Notes: generated by a model from the sequence alone, not told the origin. A stretch of 64,000 bases of DNA from an uncultured Bacilli bacterium (GCA_934091055.1 CAKOKN010000005.1:58-64057); one strand, 5' to 3'; positions 7,702 through 19,189 are shown, counted from the stretch's first letter. Translations and numbers: made by a program.

Positions 7702-8407
7702 TTTATTAAATTATAAAAATGCTTATATATTTCAAGATACAGAGTATTTTAAGATGTCTTTAGATAGTCTTTTACTTTCTAAATTTGTGACAATTAATTT
7801 ACGAGACAAAAAAATTCTTGATTTAGCTACTGGTAATGCACCAATACCAATGCTTTTAACTTATAGAACAAAGGCAAAAATTTATGGTGTTGAAATTCAA
7901 AAAGCAATGTATAACTTAGGTAGGATATCTATTAATGAAAATAATATGAAAGATCAAATTAGTTTGATTAATGATGATATTAATAATCTTGTAAATGTTT
8001 TTGAGCCTGATACATTTGATATTATTACTTGCAATCCACCTTATTTTAAGACAAATAATGTTTTATTTGAAAATAATAACAAAGTTAAGTCTATGGCTAG
8101 ACATGAAAAAACGTTGTCTTTAGAAGATATTTTTAAAGTTAGTAAGTATTTACTTAAAAATAATGGAAAACTTGCTATGGTTCATAGAAGTGAAAGATTT
8201 ATGGAAATTTTGCTTCTTATGAAAAAATATAATTTTGAACCTAAGAAAATTAGATTTGTTTATCCAAATAAGGAAAAAGATAGCGATTTGGTTTTAATTG
8301 AATGCACTTTAAATGGTAAAAGTGGTGTTAAAATAATGAAACCTTTGTATGTTTATGATAAAAAGGATGTATATTCAAAAGAAGTAGAGGATATGTTTGG
8401 AGAGTGA
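7685..8407 (+). CDS. tRNA (adenine-N6)-methyltransferase, YabB/TrmN6-like
   Basis: SAM-binding motif ILDLATGNA and catalytic NPPY (CNPPYF). Synteny with yaaT and rsmI. Confidence 0.75.
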   Translation: MIVKNSLLNYKNAYIFQDTEYFKMSLDSLLLSKFVTINLRDKKILDLATGNAPIPMLLTYRTKAKIYGVEIQKAMYNLGRISINENNMKDQISLINDDINNLVNVFEPDTFDIITCNPPYFKTNNVLFENNNKVKSMARHEKTLSLEDIFKVSKYLLKNNGKLAMVHRSERFMEILLLMKKYNFEPKKIRFVYPNKEKDSDLVLIECTLNGKSGVKIMKPLYVYDKKDVYSKEVEDMFGE

Positions 8408-9251
8408 TTTTGTGATACAAAATAGTTATGATAATAAACCTAATTTGTATTTAATTTCTACACCTATCGGCAATTTAGAAGACATTACTTATAGGAGTGT
8501 TAAAATATTAAATGAAGTTAGTGCTGTTTTTTCAGAAGATACAAGAGTAACTCTTAATTTACTTACTCATTATGGTATTAGTAAAAAGTTGGTAGCTCTT
8601 CACGAACATAATGAAGATACTGCTAAAGAGAAAGTACTAGACTATCTTAAAAATGGAGAGAGTGTTGCTTTGGTTACTGATAGGGGAACTCCAATAATTA
8701 GTGATCCTGGATATAAAACGGTAAAATACATTAGTGATAATGGCTATAATGTTGTTGCACTTCCTGGGGCCACTGCTTTTGTTCCGGCACTCATTACTTC
8801 TGGTATTGCACCACAACCATTTTTATTTTATGGTTTTCTTGATAGCAAGGATAGTATTAGAAAAAAAGAGTTAGAAGTTTTATCAGATGAAGAAGAAACT
8901 ATGATTTTTTATGAAGCACCTCATAGAATTATGAAAACTTTGAATATGATGCTAGATATATTTGGTGATAGAGATATTAGTATATCTAGGGAAATTACTA
9001 AAAAATTTGAAACTATTTATCGTGGAAAAATTAGTGATGTAATTAATCTTGTTCCTGAAAAAGGTGAGTTTGTTATTGTTGTTAGTGGTATGAAAGAAAG
9101 AAAAATAGATGATACTATTAGTGTTCGCGATGCTGTAAATACTTATATTAGTGCTGGATTTGATGTAATGACTTCAATTAAGAAGGTTGCTAAAGATAGG
9201 GGACTTGCTAAAAATGTTATTTATAAAGAGTATCATCGGGAGGATAAATAA
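8397..9251 (+). CDS. rsmI: 16S rRNA (cytidine1402-2'-O)-methyltransferase
   Basis: Tetrapyrrole-methylase fold with LYLISTPIGNLEDIT, SEDTR and FYEAPHR motifs. Confidence 0.9.
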   Translation: MESDFVIQNSYDNKPNLYLISTPIGNLEDITYRSVKILNEVSAVFSEDTRVTLNLLTHYGISKKLVALHEHNEDTAKEKVLDYLKNGESVALVTDRGTPIISDPGYKTVKYISDNGYNVVALPGATAFVPALITSGIAPQPFLFYGFLDSKDSIRKKELEVLSDEEETMIFYEAPHRIMKTLNMMLDIFGDRDISISREITKKFETIYRGKISDVINLVPEKGEFVIVVSGMKERKIDDTISVRDAVNTYISAGFDVMTSIKKVAKDRGLAKNVIYKEYHREDK

Positions 9252-9820
9252 TGAAGTTAATTGTGGGATTAGGTAATCCTGGACGAGAATATGAAAAAAC
9301 TAGACATAATATTGGATTTAATGTTCTTGATTTATTGGCGGATAAGTATAATATTACATTTAGTGAAAATAAGAGATTTAATGCACTTGAGGCTAGTTTT
9401 AATTTAATGGGAGAAAAAATTATTTTGGTAAAGCCACTTACTTTTATGAATTTATCTGGTGATAGTGTAATTAAGTATATGAATTATTATGATATTAAAA
9501 TTAATGATCTTTTGGTTATTCATGATGACTTGGATATGGAACTTGGTAAAATTAGAATTGTTTTTGATAGTTCTAGTGGTGGCCATAATGGAATTAAAAG
9601 TATCATTAATAATTTGAATAGTCAGAAATTTACTAGATTAAAAATTGGTATTTCTCATAATAAAAATATTGATACTAAGGATTATGTACTTGGTAAATTT
9701 AAAGAAGATGATTGGAAAGTTTTAACTGACTCTTATAAAAAAGTACTTGATATAGTGGAAAACTTTATTAGTAAAGACGTTAATACTTTAAAACAAATTT
9801 ATAGTAATAAAAATAATTAG
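9251..9820 (+). CDS. pth: Peptidyl-tRNA hydrolase
   Basis: Motifs LIVGLGNPG, TRHNIGF and GGHNG. Confidence 0.95.
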   Translation: MKLIVGLGNPGREYEKTRHNIGFNVLDLLADKYNITFSENKRFNALEASFNLMGEKIILVKPLTFMNLSGDSVIKYMNYYDIKINDLLVIHDDLDMELGKIRIVFDSSSGGHNGIKSIINNLNSQKFTRLKIGISHNKNIDTKDYVLGKFKEDDWKVLTDSYKKVLDIVENFISKDVNTLKQIYSNKNN

Positions 9821-9829
9821 ATATAAAAT

Positions 9830-9855
9830 GAGATACAATATTTTTGTATCTTTTA
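9830..9855 (+). terminator. Terminator after pth
   Basis: Stem agataca/tgtatct followed by TTTT. Confidence 0.55.
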
Positions 9856-9874
9856 GCATTGGAGGTGAGAATAT

Positions 9875-12800
9875 ATGAAGTTTTTTGATAATTTATTTGA
9901 TGTTAACAATAGAGATGAACAATTAGTTACTGGTTTAAATAAAGAACTTAATAGTGTTTATACTTATGACTATTTTAACAAATATAATAATAATATTTTA
10001 CTTGTTACTAATTCTTTATATGAGGCTAATGATTTATATAATAGATTATCTAATTATACTGATAGAGTACTATTTTTTCCTATGGATGATTTTATGACAA
10101 GTGAGGCTTCAATTATTAGTCCAGAACTTATGATTGAGAGATTAAATACTTTGAATAAACTTGTTAATAATGATAATTATATTGTTGTAACTAATTTAAT
10201 GGGTCTACTTAGATATCTTCCTAATAAGTCTTTATATAAGAGGAAAATTATTAATTTAAATGTTAATGAAGATGTAAATAGAGAAGTGTTAATTAACAAT
10301 TTAATTGACTTAGGTTATGATAGAGTTCCACTTGTTACTAAGACTGGAGAGGTGGCTATTAGAGGATATGTAATTGATATATTTCCTATGGAAACTGATA
10401 GTCCTATTAGGATAGAATTCTGGGGAGATACTATTGATAGTATTAAATATTTTGATTTGGATAGTCAGATTTCTAATGAGAGTATTGATACTATTTCTAT
10501 ATATCCTTTTACAGAATTTTTACTTGATAATAAGTTAGATGTTGACAGTAAAATGTGTAAGCAGAAATATTTACCACATTATTCTAAAGATATTAATGCT
10601 ATATGGAATTATTTAGATAACTGTACTCTTATATATTATGATTATAACCAAATTATATCGGCTTATAGATTACTTAGAGAGAGTATTATTAATTATGATA
10701 AAGAAATAAAAGATTCTATTAAAACTGATTATATGTTTGATATTTCTGATGTTAAATATAATAATATTATTTATATGTTAGAGTTTGATAATATTCTTGA
10801 TTTAAATATTAAATGTAAAAATAATTATTTATCTAATAACATTGATAATTATCATGGTGATTTTGAAAAGATTAAAACAAGTCTTTTTAAATATATAACT
10901 GGTGGTAAGACTGTTATTATGTGTATCGATAATAAAGACGTTGCTAAGAGAGTTATCACTTATTTAGATATTATGGATGATGTTGTGCTAACTAGAGAGA
11001 ATGAAATTATTAAGAATAAGATTAATATTATTAATAAATATATTATAAGTGGATTTATATATGATAATTATGTTGTTATTTCTTCAAATGATTTATTTGG
11101 CAAGATAGAAGAAAAGAAGAAAGTTAAAAATAAGTATAAAGTTGGTACTAAGATTAGTAATATTAATAACTTAGAGAAGGGTGATTATATTGTTCATATT
11201 GATCATGGTATTGGACAATATGTTGAATTATGTACTTTATCTAAGAATGGTTTGAAAAAGGATTATATTAAACTTTTATATGCTGATGGTGATGTTTTAT
11301 ATTTACCAGTAGAAAAAATTGATAAAATTACTAAGTTTACTGGTAGAGAAGGAGCTATTGTAAGACTTGATAAATTGGGTACTGATTCTTGGAATAAGAA
11401 GAAGGCTAGAGTTAGAAGTAAACTGGAGAATATTGCGGGTGATTTGATTAGAGTGTCTGCTGAAAGGGAAAATTCTAAAGGTTTTGCTTTTAGTCCTGAT
11501 GATGAAGAACAAATATTATTTGAAAGTAAATTTAAATATACTGCTACTGCTGATCAGGAAAGGGCTATAGGTATTATTAAGCATGAAATGGAAAAGGATA
11601 AACCTATGGATATGCTCTTATGTGGCGATGTTGGATATGGTAAAACAGAAGTAGCTTTTAGGGCAATATTTAAAGCTGTTAATGATGGTAAACAAGTTGC
11701 TTATTTATGTCCTACTACTATTCTTTCTAGTCAGCAATATAATTCTGCACTAGATAGATTTGCTGATTTTCCGATTAATATTGCATTACTTAATAGGTTT
11801 ACTTCTGTTAAAGAGCAAAATAGAATTTTTAAGAACTTAAAAGAAGGTAAAATTGATATTTTATTTGGTACTCATAAACTTCTTAATGATAAAGTGGATT
11901 TTAAAGATTTAGGATTACTTATTATTGATGAAGAACAAAGATTTGGCGTTGTACATAAAGAGAAAGTTAAGAAATATAAGAGTAGTATTGATGTTTTAAC
12001 TCTTAGTGCTACTCCTATTCCTAGAACTCTTCAAATGTCTATGTCTGGTATTAGAGGGCTTGCTCTTATTGAAACTCCTCCAGAGAAGCGAAGACCAATA
12101 CAGACTTATGTAATGCCTGAAAGCACTAATATTATTAAAGATGCTATTTATAAAGAATTATCTAGAAATGGTCAAGTATTTATGCTTTATAATAGTGTTG
12201 AGAAAATAGATAATAAACTTGAAGAGATACATAAATTGGTACCAGAAGCTAATATTAGATATGCTCATGGTAGAATGACTAAGGTTGAACTTGAGAATAT
12301 TATGATTGATTTTACTAATCATAAATTTGATATATTACTTTGTACAACAATTATTGAAACTGGTATTGATATTCCTAATGTTAATACTTTGATTGTTTTA
12401 GATGCTGATAATTTTGGTTTATCACAGTTATATCAAATTAGGGGTAGAATTGGTCGTAGTGATAGAATTGGTTATGCTTATCTTATGTATAATGGCAGAA
12501 AAGAACTTAATGATTTGGCAGTTAAAAGACTTAATACTATAAAAGAGTTTACATCTCTTGGTAGTGGTTTTAAGATAGCTATGAGAGATTTATCTATTAG
12601 AGGAGCAGGAGATATTCTTGGTAGTGAACAATCTGGTTTTATTGACAGTATAGGTATTGATTTGTATTTGAAGATGTTAAAAGAAGAAGTTGATAAACTT
12701 AAGGGTATTAAGATAGAAGAAGAAAAAGAAGAAAGTTCTAAACCTCTTATTGAAGTTGAAACGCATATTTCTAATGAATATGCTCCTGATGATGAAATTA

Positions 12801-13192
12801 AACTCGAAGTTCATAAATTAATTAATAGGATTAATTCTAAGGAAGATATTGATAATTTATGTACTGTACTTAGAGATAGATTTGGTAAAGTTACTGATGA
12901 AATGATTATTTATATGCATGAGGAATGGTTTGAGAAACAGGCTAAGTCTCTTAATATTAAAGAAACTAAACAGACTAAGAATTACGTTGAGATAGTTCTT
13001 CCACAGTATTTGTCTAAACAAATTGATGGAGAAAAGTTATTTTTTACGGCATATGAGATATCTAAATATTTTAGATTTTCTTATAGTAATAATCAGATTC
13101 ATATTTACTTAGATACTATTAAGTTAGATAAACATTTTGTTTATTATTTGAATGATTTACTTAGTGTCATTATTAGAGATATTAAGAAATAA
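9875..13192 (+). CDS. mfd: Transcription-repair coupling factor
   Basis: 1105 aa. UvrB-homology N-terminus, CarD-like RNAP-interaction domain (GDYIVHIDHGIGQY), and a superfamily-2 helicase (GDVGYGKTEVA, DEEQRFG). Confidence 0.95.
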   Translation: MKFFDNLFDVNNRDEQLVTGLNKELNSVYTYDYFNKYNNNILLVTNSLYEANDLYNRLSNYTDRVLFFPMDDFMTSEASIISPELMIERLNTLNKLVNNDNYIVVTNLMGLLRYLPNKSLYKRKIINLNVNEDVNREVLINNLIDLGYDRVPLVTKTGEVAIRGYVIDIFPMETDSPIRIEFWGDTIDSIKYFDLDSQISNESIDTISIYPFTEFLLDNKLDVDSKMCKQKYLPHYSKDINAIWNYLDNCTLIYYDYNQIISAYRLLRESIINYDKEIKDSIKTDYMFDISDVKYNNIIYMLEFDNILDLNIKCKNNYLSNNIDNYHGDFEKIKTSLFKYITGGKTVIMCIDNKDVAKRVITYLDIMDDVVLTRENEIIKNKINIINKYIISGFIYDNYVVISSNDLFGKIEEKKKVKNKYKVGTKISNINNLEKGDYIVHIDHGIGQYVELCTLSKNGLKKDYIKLLYADGDVLYLPVEKIDKITKFTGREGAIVRLDKLGTDSWNKKKARVRSKLENIAGDLIRVSAERENSKGFAFSPDDEEQILFESKFKYTATADQERAIGIIKHEMEKDKPMDMLLCGDVGYGKTEVAFRAIFKAVNDGKQVAYLCPTTILSSQQYNSALDRFADFPINIALLNRFTSVKEQNRIFKNLKEGKIDILFGTHKLLNDKVDFKDLGLLIIDEEQRFGVVHKEKVKKYKSSIDVLTLSATPIPRTLQMSMSGIRGLALIETPPEKRRPIQTYVMPESTNIIKDAIYKELSRNGQVFMLYNSVEKIDNKLEEIHKLVPEANIRYAHGRMTKVELENIMIDFTNHKFDILLCTTIIETGIDIPNVNTLIVLDADNFGLSQLYQIRGRIGRSDRIGYAYLMYNGRKELNDLAVKRLNTIKEFTSLGSGFKIAMRDLSIRGAGDILGSEQSGFIDSIGIDLYLKMLKEEVDKLKGIKIEEEKEESSKPLIEVETHISNEYAPDDEIKLEVHKLINRINSKEDIDNLCTVLRDRFGKVTDEMIIYMHEEWFEKQAKSLNIKETKQTKNYVEIVLPQYLSKQIDGEKLFFTAYEISKYFRFSYSNNQIHIYLDTIKLDKHFVYYLNDLLSVIIRDIKK

Positions 13193-13276
13193 AGTTTAAT
13201 TATTTTATTTCTTTTTGTTTACTTGTATAATTATTTATTTATTTGATAAAATATTAAAGAAAGTATAGGTGAATAT

Positions 13277-13807
13277 ATGAAAACAACTGGAGTTATAAGA
13301 AGAATTGATGAACTTGGTAGAATTGTTATACCAAAAGAAATTAGAAAGAGTTTAAGAATTAAAAATGGTGAAAGTTTAGAAGTTTATTTGGATGGTGATA
13401 GTATTATATTAAAGAAATTTTCACAAATTGAAAGTTTAGAGAGTATTTCTGTTGACTATGTAGAGGCATTTAATCAGATTATTAAACATAATATTATTGT
13501 TACTGATAGAGATAAAGTGGTTGCTGTTAGTGGTCCTTTAAAGAAGAAGTATTTGGGTAAAAATATTAATGAATTTACTGAACGCTCTATTGAAAGAAGA
13601 GATTCTTTTTCTGAAAAGCAAAAGAAGGAGTTTAAAATAATTGAGGATGAAGAAGATGTTGGTTATTATACTTTTGCTTCGATTGTTAATAATGGTGATG
13701 CTATTGGTAGTGTAATATTAATATCTTTGGATACTCCTTTATCTGATACTGAAGATAAACTGGCTATTGTTTTATCTAATTTGCTTAGTAAACAATTTAT
13801 TGATTAA
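13277..13807 (+). CDS. spoVT: Stage V sporulation protein T (AbrB-type N-terminus plus GAF-like domain)
   Basis: SpoVT/AbrB swapped-hairpin motif TGVIRRIDELGRIVIPKEIR. About 176 aa and follows mfd, as in Bacillus. Confidence 0.85.
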   Translation: MKTTGVIRRIDELGRIVIPKEIRKSLRIKNGESLEVYLDGDSIILKKFSQIESLESISVDYVEAFNQIIKHNIIVTDRDKVVAVSGPLKKKYLGKNINEFTERSIERRDSFSEKQKKEFKIIEDEEDVGYYTFASIVNNGDAIGSVILISLDTPLSDTEDKLAIVLSNLLSKQFID

Positions 13808-13811
13808 TAAA

Positions 13812-13845
13812 AAAGCATACAAAATTAAAATGTATGCTTTATTTT
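13812..13845. terminator. Bidirectional terminator shared by spoVT (+) and the RHH gene (-)
   Basis: 10-bp stem aaagcataca/tgtatgcttt, with an A-run 5' and a T-run 3'. Confidence 0.65.
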
Positions 13846-14018
13846 TCTTTATTATCTAGATTTTCTAATGCAAAATCAATACATTGGTTTATTAATTCAT
13901 TTCTACTTATATCTATTCTATTCGCTTCATTATCTACTTTATTTAACGTTTCAATATCTATTCTTATACTAATTACTATTTTTTCATTGTTTGTTTTTGT
14001 CGGTTTGAACTTTTCCAT
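13839..14018 (-). CDS. Ribbon-helix-helix (CopG-like) small DNA-binding protein, 59 aa; not in the supplied ORF track
   Basis: The reverse strand reads ggaggacaaaaatATG, then MEKFKPTKTNNEKIVISIRIDIETLNKVDNEANRIDISRNELINQCIDFALENLDNKEK. The beta strand (ISIRID) plus two helices pattern fits an RHH fold. The overlapping + ORF 13834-14112 looks spurious. Confidence 0.6.
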   Translation of the reverse strand: MEKFKPTKTNNEKIVISIRIDIETLNKVDNEANRIDISRNELINQCIDFALENLDNKEK

Positions 14019-14140
14019 ATTTTTGTCCTCCTATCAAAATTATATTATTTACAATAAACTAAATATATATTCAAATATTGAATACAAAAAGTATTTACTT
14101 TTTGATAATTAGTTGTTATAATGATAATGTAGAGTAGGAG

Positions 14141-14419
14141 GTGAAGGCAGTGATCGCTTTTGTTTTATCGTTAATTAGTGTTGTTATTTTACTTTTTAAT
14201 TATGAATTTGCTTTTATTTTAGGTATTGTGTCTATAGTGGTGGCTATTATTAATAGAAAGAAAAAGAGTAAATTAACTATACCCGCTATTATTATTTCAA
14301 GTATTGTATTGTTAATAAGCATTATTTGTTTTTGTAGTGAAGCTGTTAAAGTTACAAATATTATTAATGAAACAAACAAAGAAGTTGATAGAATAGCAGA
14401 AAAGTATAAAAATGAGTAA
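14141..14419 (+). CDS. Small membrane protein (DUF4190-like, two TM)
   Basis: GTG start after aggagg. Two hydrophobic helices separated by RKKKSK. Confidence 0.5.
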   Translation: MKAVIAFVLSLISVVILLFNYEFAFILGIVSIVVAIINRKKKSKLTIPAIIISSIVLLISIICFCSEAVKVTNIINETNKEVDRIAEKYKNE

Positions 14420-14438
14420 TTTTATATGGAGGTAAATA

Positions 14439-15101
14439 GTGTATAATAGTGAAAGTGTAAATAATAATTTAGAGCAGAATTCTATACAGAACTCTTTTAA
14501 TAATCAAAACGAACTTAATTCCAATAATAATATAAATAAAGTAAATAAAAGTAAGAAGCTACTTATTATTTTAGGAATAATTATTGCTGCAATTATAGTT
14601 ATATTTGTTTTTTTTAATAAAGAAAAAAACAGCAATAGAGAAGTTGATTTTGGAGAAACTTTAAAGGTTTATGAGATGAAAGGAAAGTATAATTTTGATT
14701 TTCAAGTTCTTGATATTGAAGAAAACTATGATATTTCTAATTCAATATTTTATACAGGTGAATGTTATGCTTTAAAAGTTAAAATAAAAAATAATAGCAG
14801 TAAGAATTTAGATCTTTATTCATTAATCTACTTTACTTTATTAGATTCTGAAGGTCAAAAAATCGAATCTAACAATTTGCTTGTTACTTCTAACTTTGAT
14901 GGGAGTTTAAAACTTAATATACCTAGCGATACTACCGATACTGGGTATTTGTATTTTTATCATTTTGATGAAAATGGTAAAAATTCTAACATTGATGCAA
15001 GTCGTGTTGATAAACTTAAAATATCTGTGGTAAAAAAACTTTATAGCGATAATGGTATGTCTAAGGGAGAATATAATGATTATTATGTTAAATTAAGATA
15101 G
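14439..15101 (+). CDS. N/Q-rich N-terminus, one TM, and an extracellular DUF4352-like beta-sandwich protein
   Basis: GTG start after ggagg. TM helix LLIILGIIIAAIIVIFVFF. The pattern ALKVKIKNNSSKNLDL...FTLLDSEGQ is typical of DUF4352. Confidence 0.5.
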   Translation: MYNSESVNNNLEQNSIQNSFNNQNELNSNNNINKVNKSKKLLIILGIIIAAIIVIFVFFNKEKNSNREVDFGETLKVYEMKGKYNFDFQVLDIEENYDISNSIFYTGECYALKVKIKNNSSKNLDLYSLIYFTLLDSEGQKIESNNLLVTSNFDGSLKLNIPSDTTDTGYLYFYHFDENGKNSNIDASRVDKLKISVVKKLYSDNGMSKGEYNDYYVKLR

Positions 15102-15109
15102 GATGTGTT

Positions 15110-15436
15110 ATGATGAAAGATTTTGAGAAAATGCAAAAATATTTAGTTAGTGATTTTATATTTATGTTAGTTATTAATTCTTATTTATTTATTGATTCTT
15201 TACTTGAAATAGGTTTACTTGGTTCTGGAAGATTTTCTTTTGTGTCTGCGTTATTATCTGTAATATTATTAATAATTGGGATAATAGTTACTAAAAAAGG
15301 AGATATTTCTGGTGGAATAATAGGAATTATTATTGGATTACTTATGTTTTTATCAGGTTCTATTGTTTATTTAGTACTTGGCATATTTGTAATTATTCAC
15401 TCTAGTGTATATTTAACTAATTATAATAAAAAATAA
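15110..15436 (+). CDS. Hypothetical membrane protein (3 TM)
   Basis: The ORF has hydrophobic segments and follows the previous gene closely. Confidence 0.45.
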   Translation: MMKDFEKMQKYLVSDFIFMLVINSYLFIDSLLEIGLLGSGRFSFVSALLSVILLIIGIIVTKKGDISGGIIGIIIGLLMFLSGSIVYLVLGIFVIIHSSVYLTNYNKK

Positions 15437-15528
15437 ATATTAATATCATAGATTGTTCTATGGTATTTTTTATTGAAAAATAAAAAATAGAAATTGCTTT
15501 TAAGACAATTTCTATTAATTATAATGAT

Positions 15529-16128
15529 TTAATACATTGAGGCTTCAATTACTTTAAAGGTTGCATTTTTCATTTTATTAAGGTTATCACTACTTACATA
15601 TTCAAACAAATTAAAATTTTGACTTTGTCCTGATGCTAAGTTGTTGGCATAAATATAATCTGTATCAATTCGACTTCCATCAGCGGCAATTGCTTCAATA
15701 GTTAAGTTGAATGATTTTATTTCTTTAGCATTATTAGTTATTTTTACAGTTAGACCTGTATCATTAAAACCATATTCATCAGTTGTAGTTTGAAAACTTC
15801 CGATATTGACATCTACATTTTTTAAAACTTCTTCGGTATTCTTTCCTGTCATAGTATCTAGATCATTAGACAAATTATCAAGACTATTTGACCAACTATT
15901 TTGTAGAGATATTGTTATTATAATAGATAAAATACCAAGTACTAATGCCGCTATTGACGAACCTTTGCTTGTTTTTTTAATTAATGATATTATTGCAAAA
16001 ATTATCGCTAATACTCCTAAGAAAAAAGAAGCATTGTTAATTATTGGTATAAAGCAAGTACATATACTTATTATACTTAATACTAATCCTGCAACAGCTA
16101 GTCCACTTTTTTTATTCTCTTGTTTCAC
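15529..16128 (-). CDS. DUF4190-like TM N-terminus plus a DUF4352-like extracellular domain
   Basis: GTG start 9 nt after aaggag. Two TM helices, then TVKITNNAKEIKSFNLTIEAIAADGS. A convergent hairpin terminator lies at about 15485-15520. Confidence 0.55.
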   Translation of the reverse strand: MKQENKKSGLAVAGLVLSIISICTCFIPIINNASFFLGVLAIIFAIISLIKKTSKGSSIAALVLGILSIIITISLQNSWSNSLDNLSNDLDTMTGKNTEEVLKNVDVNIGSFQTTTDEYGFNDTGLTVKITNNAKEIKSFNLTIEAIAADGSRIDTDYIYANNLASGQSQNFNLFEYVSSDNLNKMKNATFKVIEASMY

Positions 16129-16224
16129 TTTTATTCACTCCTTTCATTATTATTATAACATAAAATCTTCTGGCAGGCGACATATTTTTTTCTCTTTTTG
16201 TGAAATAATAATTTTTGTTAGGAG

Positions 16225-16494
16225 ATGATTGCTTCTATGGGAAGATATTCTAAACAAAATTTATCTATTCAGGTTAGAAAAAATATTAGAAAATATCGCT
16301 TGATTAGAGGTTATACTTTGCAAGAACTTGCAGATAGAGCAGAACTTACACATGGATATGTTAGAGATTTGGAATGTTTAACTATTAATAAAACTCCAAC
16401 ACTTGAAGCAATCGGAAAATTTGCAGATGCATTAGAGATAGATATAAGACAATTATTTGACGATGTTGAGATTAGTTTAGAACATAATAAATAA
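16225..16494 (+). CDS. XRE-family helix-turn-helix transcriptional regulator
   Basis: HTH_3 motif RKYRLIRGYTLQELADRAELTHGYVRDLE. The start at 16237 is also possible and has better SD spacing. Divergent from the 15529-16128 gene. Confidence 0.75.
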   Translation: MIASMGRYSKQNLSIQVRKNIRKYRLIRGYTLQELADRAELTHGYVRDLECLTINKTPTLEAIGKFADALEIDIRQLFDDVEISLEHNK

Positions 16495-16502
16495 TATATT
16501 TC

Positions 16503-16553
16503 AATACTGAGACTTTAGGCTCAGTATTGCTTAGAGAGACTTTAGGCTCTCTA
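16503..16553 (+). repeat. Tandem pair of hairpins sharing the core GAGACTTTAGGCTC
   Basis: aatactgag-actttagg-ctcagtatt (16503-16528) and tagagag-actttagg-ctctcta (16532-16553). Neither has a 3' T-run. Confidence 0.6.
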
Positions 16554-16574
16554 GAAAAAAATAATAAATAGTAC

Positions 16575-16603
16575 TTGAAAATATATTTATTGTATGATAA
16601 AAT
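16575..16603 (+). promoter_or_regulatory. Promoter of the T-box leader
   Basis: TTGAAA (16575-16580), 17-bp spacer, and the extended -10 element TGaTAAAAT (16595-16603). Confidence 0.5.
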
Positions 16604-16609
16604 ACTTTG

Positions 16610-16820
16610 TGTAAAGCGAAGAAGGAAAGAGTAATAGTAATATTTATAGAGAGTCTATGTTTGGTGGAAATAGATAAGAAAAGCTATTATAAATGGTTCT
16701 GGAGCAGTTATATCTAATAGGTATAAACGGTTGTTACGTTATAACTTAATGAGTGTATATATTATAAAATAAGGTGGTACCGCGGAATGTTTTCGTCCTT
16801 TGGTTAGCCTTATTTTTTTA
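16610..16820 (+). promoter_or_regulatory. T-box riboswitch leader (probable Met specifier AUG at 16693-16695)
   Basis: Stem I elements are present: the GA/K-turn region, the AGAGAG bay at about 16650, and the GGTGGAAA distal loop. There is an F-box-like ACGGTTGTTAC. The canonical T-box AAGGTGGTACCGCG lies at 16771-16784, followed by a terminator helix and T-run ending about 16819. Downstream is dut-metG. Confidence 0.8.
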
Positions 16821-16837
16821 TTTTATGGAGGTATGTA

Positions 16838-18851
<2,014 letters not shown>

Positions 18852-18853
18852 CT

Positions 18854-18880
18854 AAGAGGACTTTAATGGTCTTCTTTTTA
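18854..18880 (+). terminator. Terminator after metG
   Basis: Stem aagaggac/gtcttctt with one mismatch, then a T-run. Confidence 0.55.
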
Positions 18881-18979
18881 CATTTTATTAGTGTAAAATA
18901 ATGGAAAATGTGTTTACTAATTTATTAAAGTATGGTATATTTTTAATGTAGTACCTGCAGTGGAAAAGGAGAAAAAGGT

Positions 18980-19147
18980 ATGCTTAGTACTAAAAAGTGG
19001 GATCTTGTATTTAAAATATTTTGTTATATTTCAAAAGGTATTTTGATTTCCTTAGTTTGTGTAGGTTGTAATATTCTTGATTTATTATATTTATGTATAA
19101 TAATTGTAGTTATTTTTGAATATGTAGTTGATAAAAAATTAAAATGA
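18980..19147 (+). CDS. Possible 55-aa hydrophobic Cys-rich peptide (below the ORF-track cut-off)
   Basis: RBS aaaaggag, then ATG, then MLSTKKWDLVFKIFCYISKGILISLVCVGCNILDLLYLCIIIVVIFEYVVDKKLK. Confidence 0.3.
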   Translation: MLSTKKWDLVFKIFCYISKGILISLVCVGCNILDLLYLCIIIVVIFEYVVDKKLK

Positions 19148-19189
19148 TTGTACTATATTATTAGTATAATTTTTTTATGGAGGTATTTT

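Noticed and set aside
13839-14018. The RHH gene as the antitoxin of a type II toxin-antitoxin pair
   Set aside because: There is no adjacent co-directional small ORF that could be the toxin. The gene ends in a terminator and faces a divergent membrane-protein cluster.
15806-16228. 140-aa + strand ORF overlapping the 15529-16128 minus-strand gene
   Set aside because: The minus-strand frame has an RBS, TM helices and a recognisable domain pattern. The + frame has none of these.
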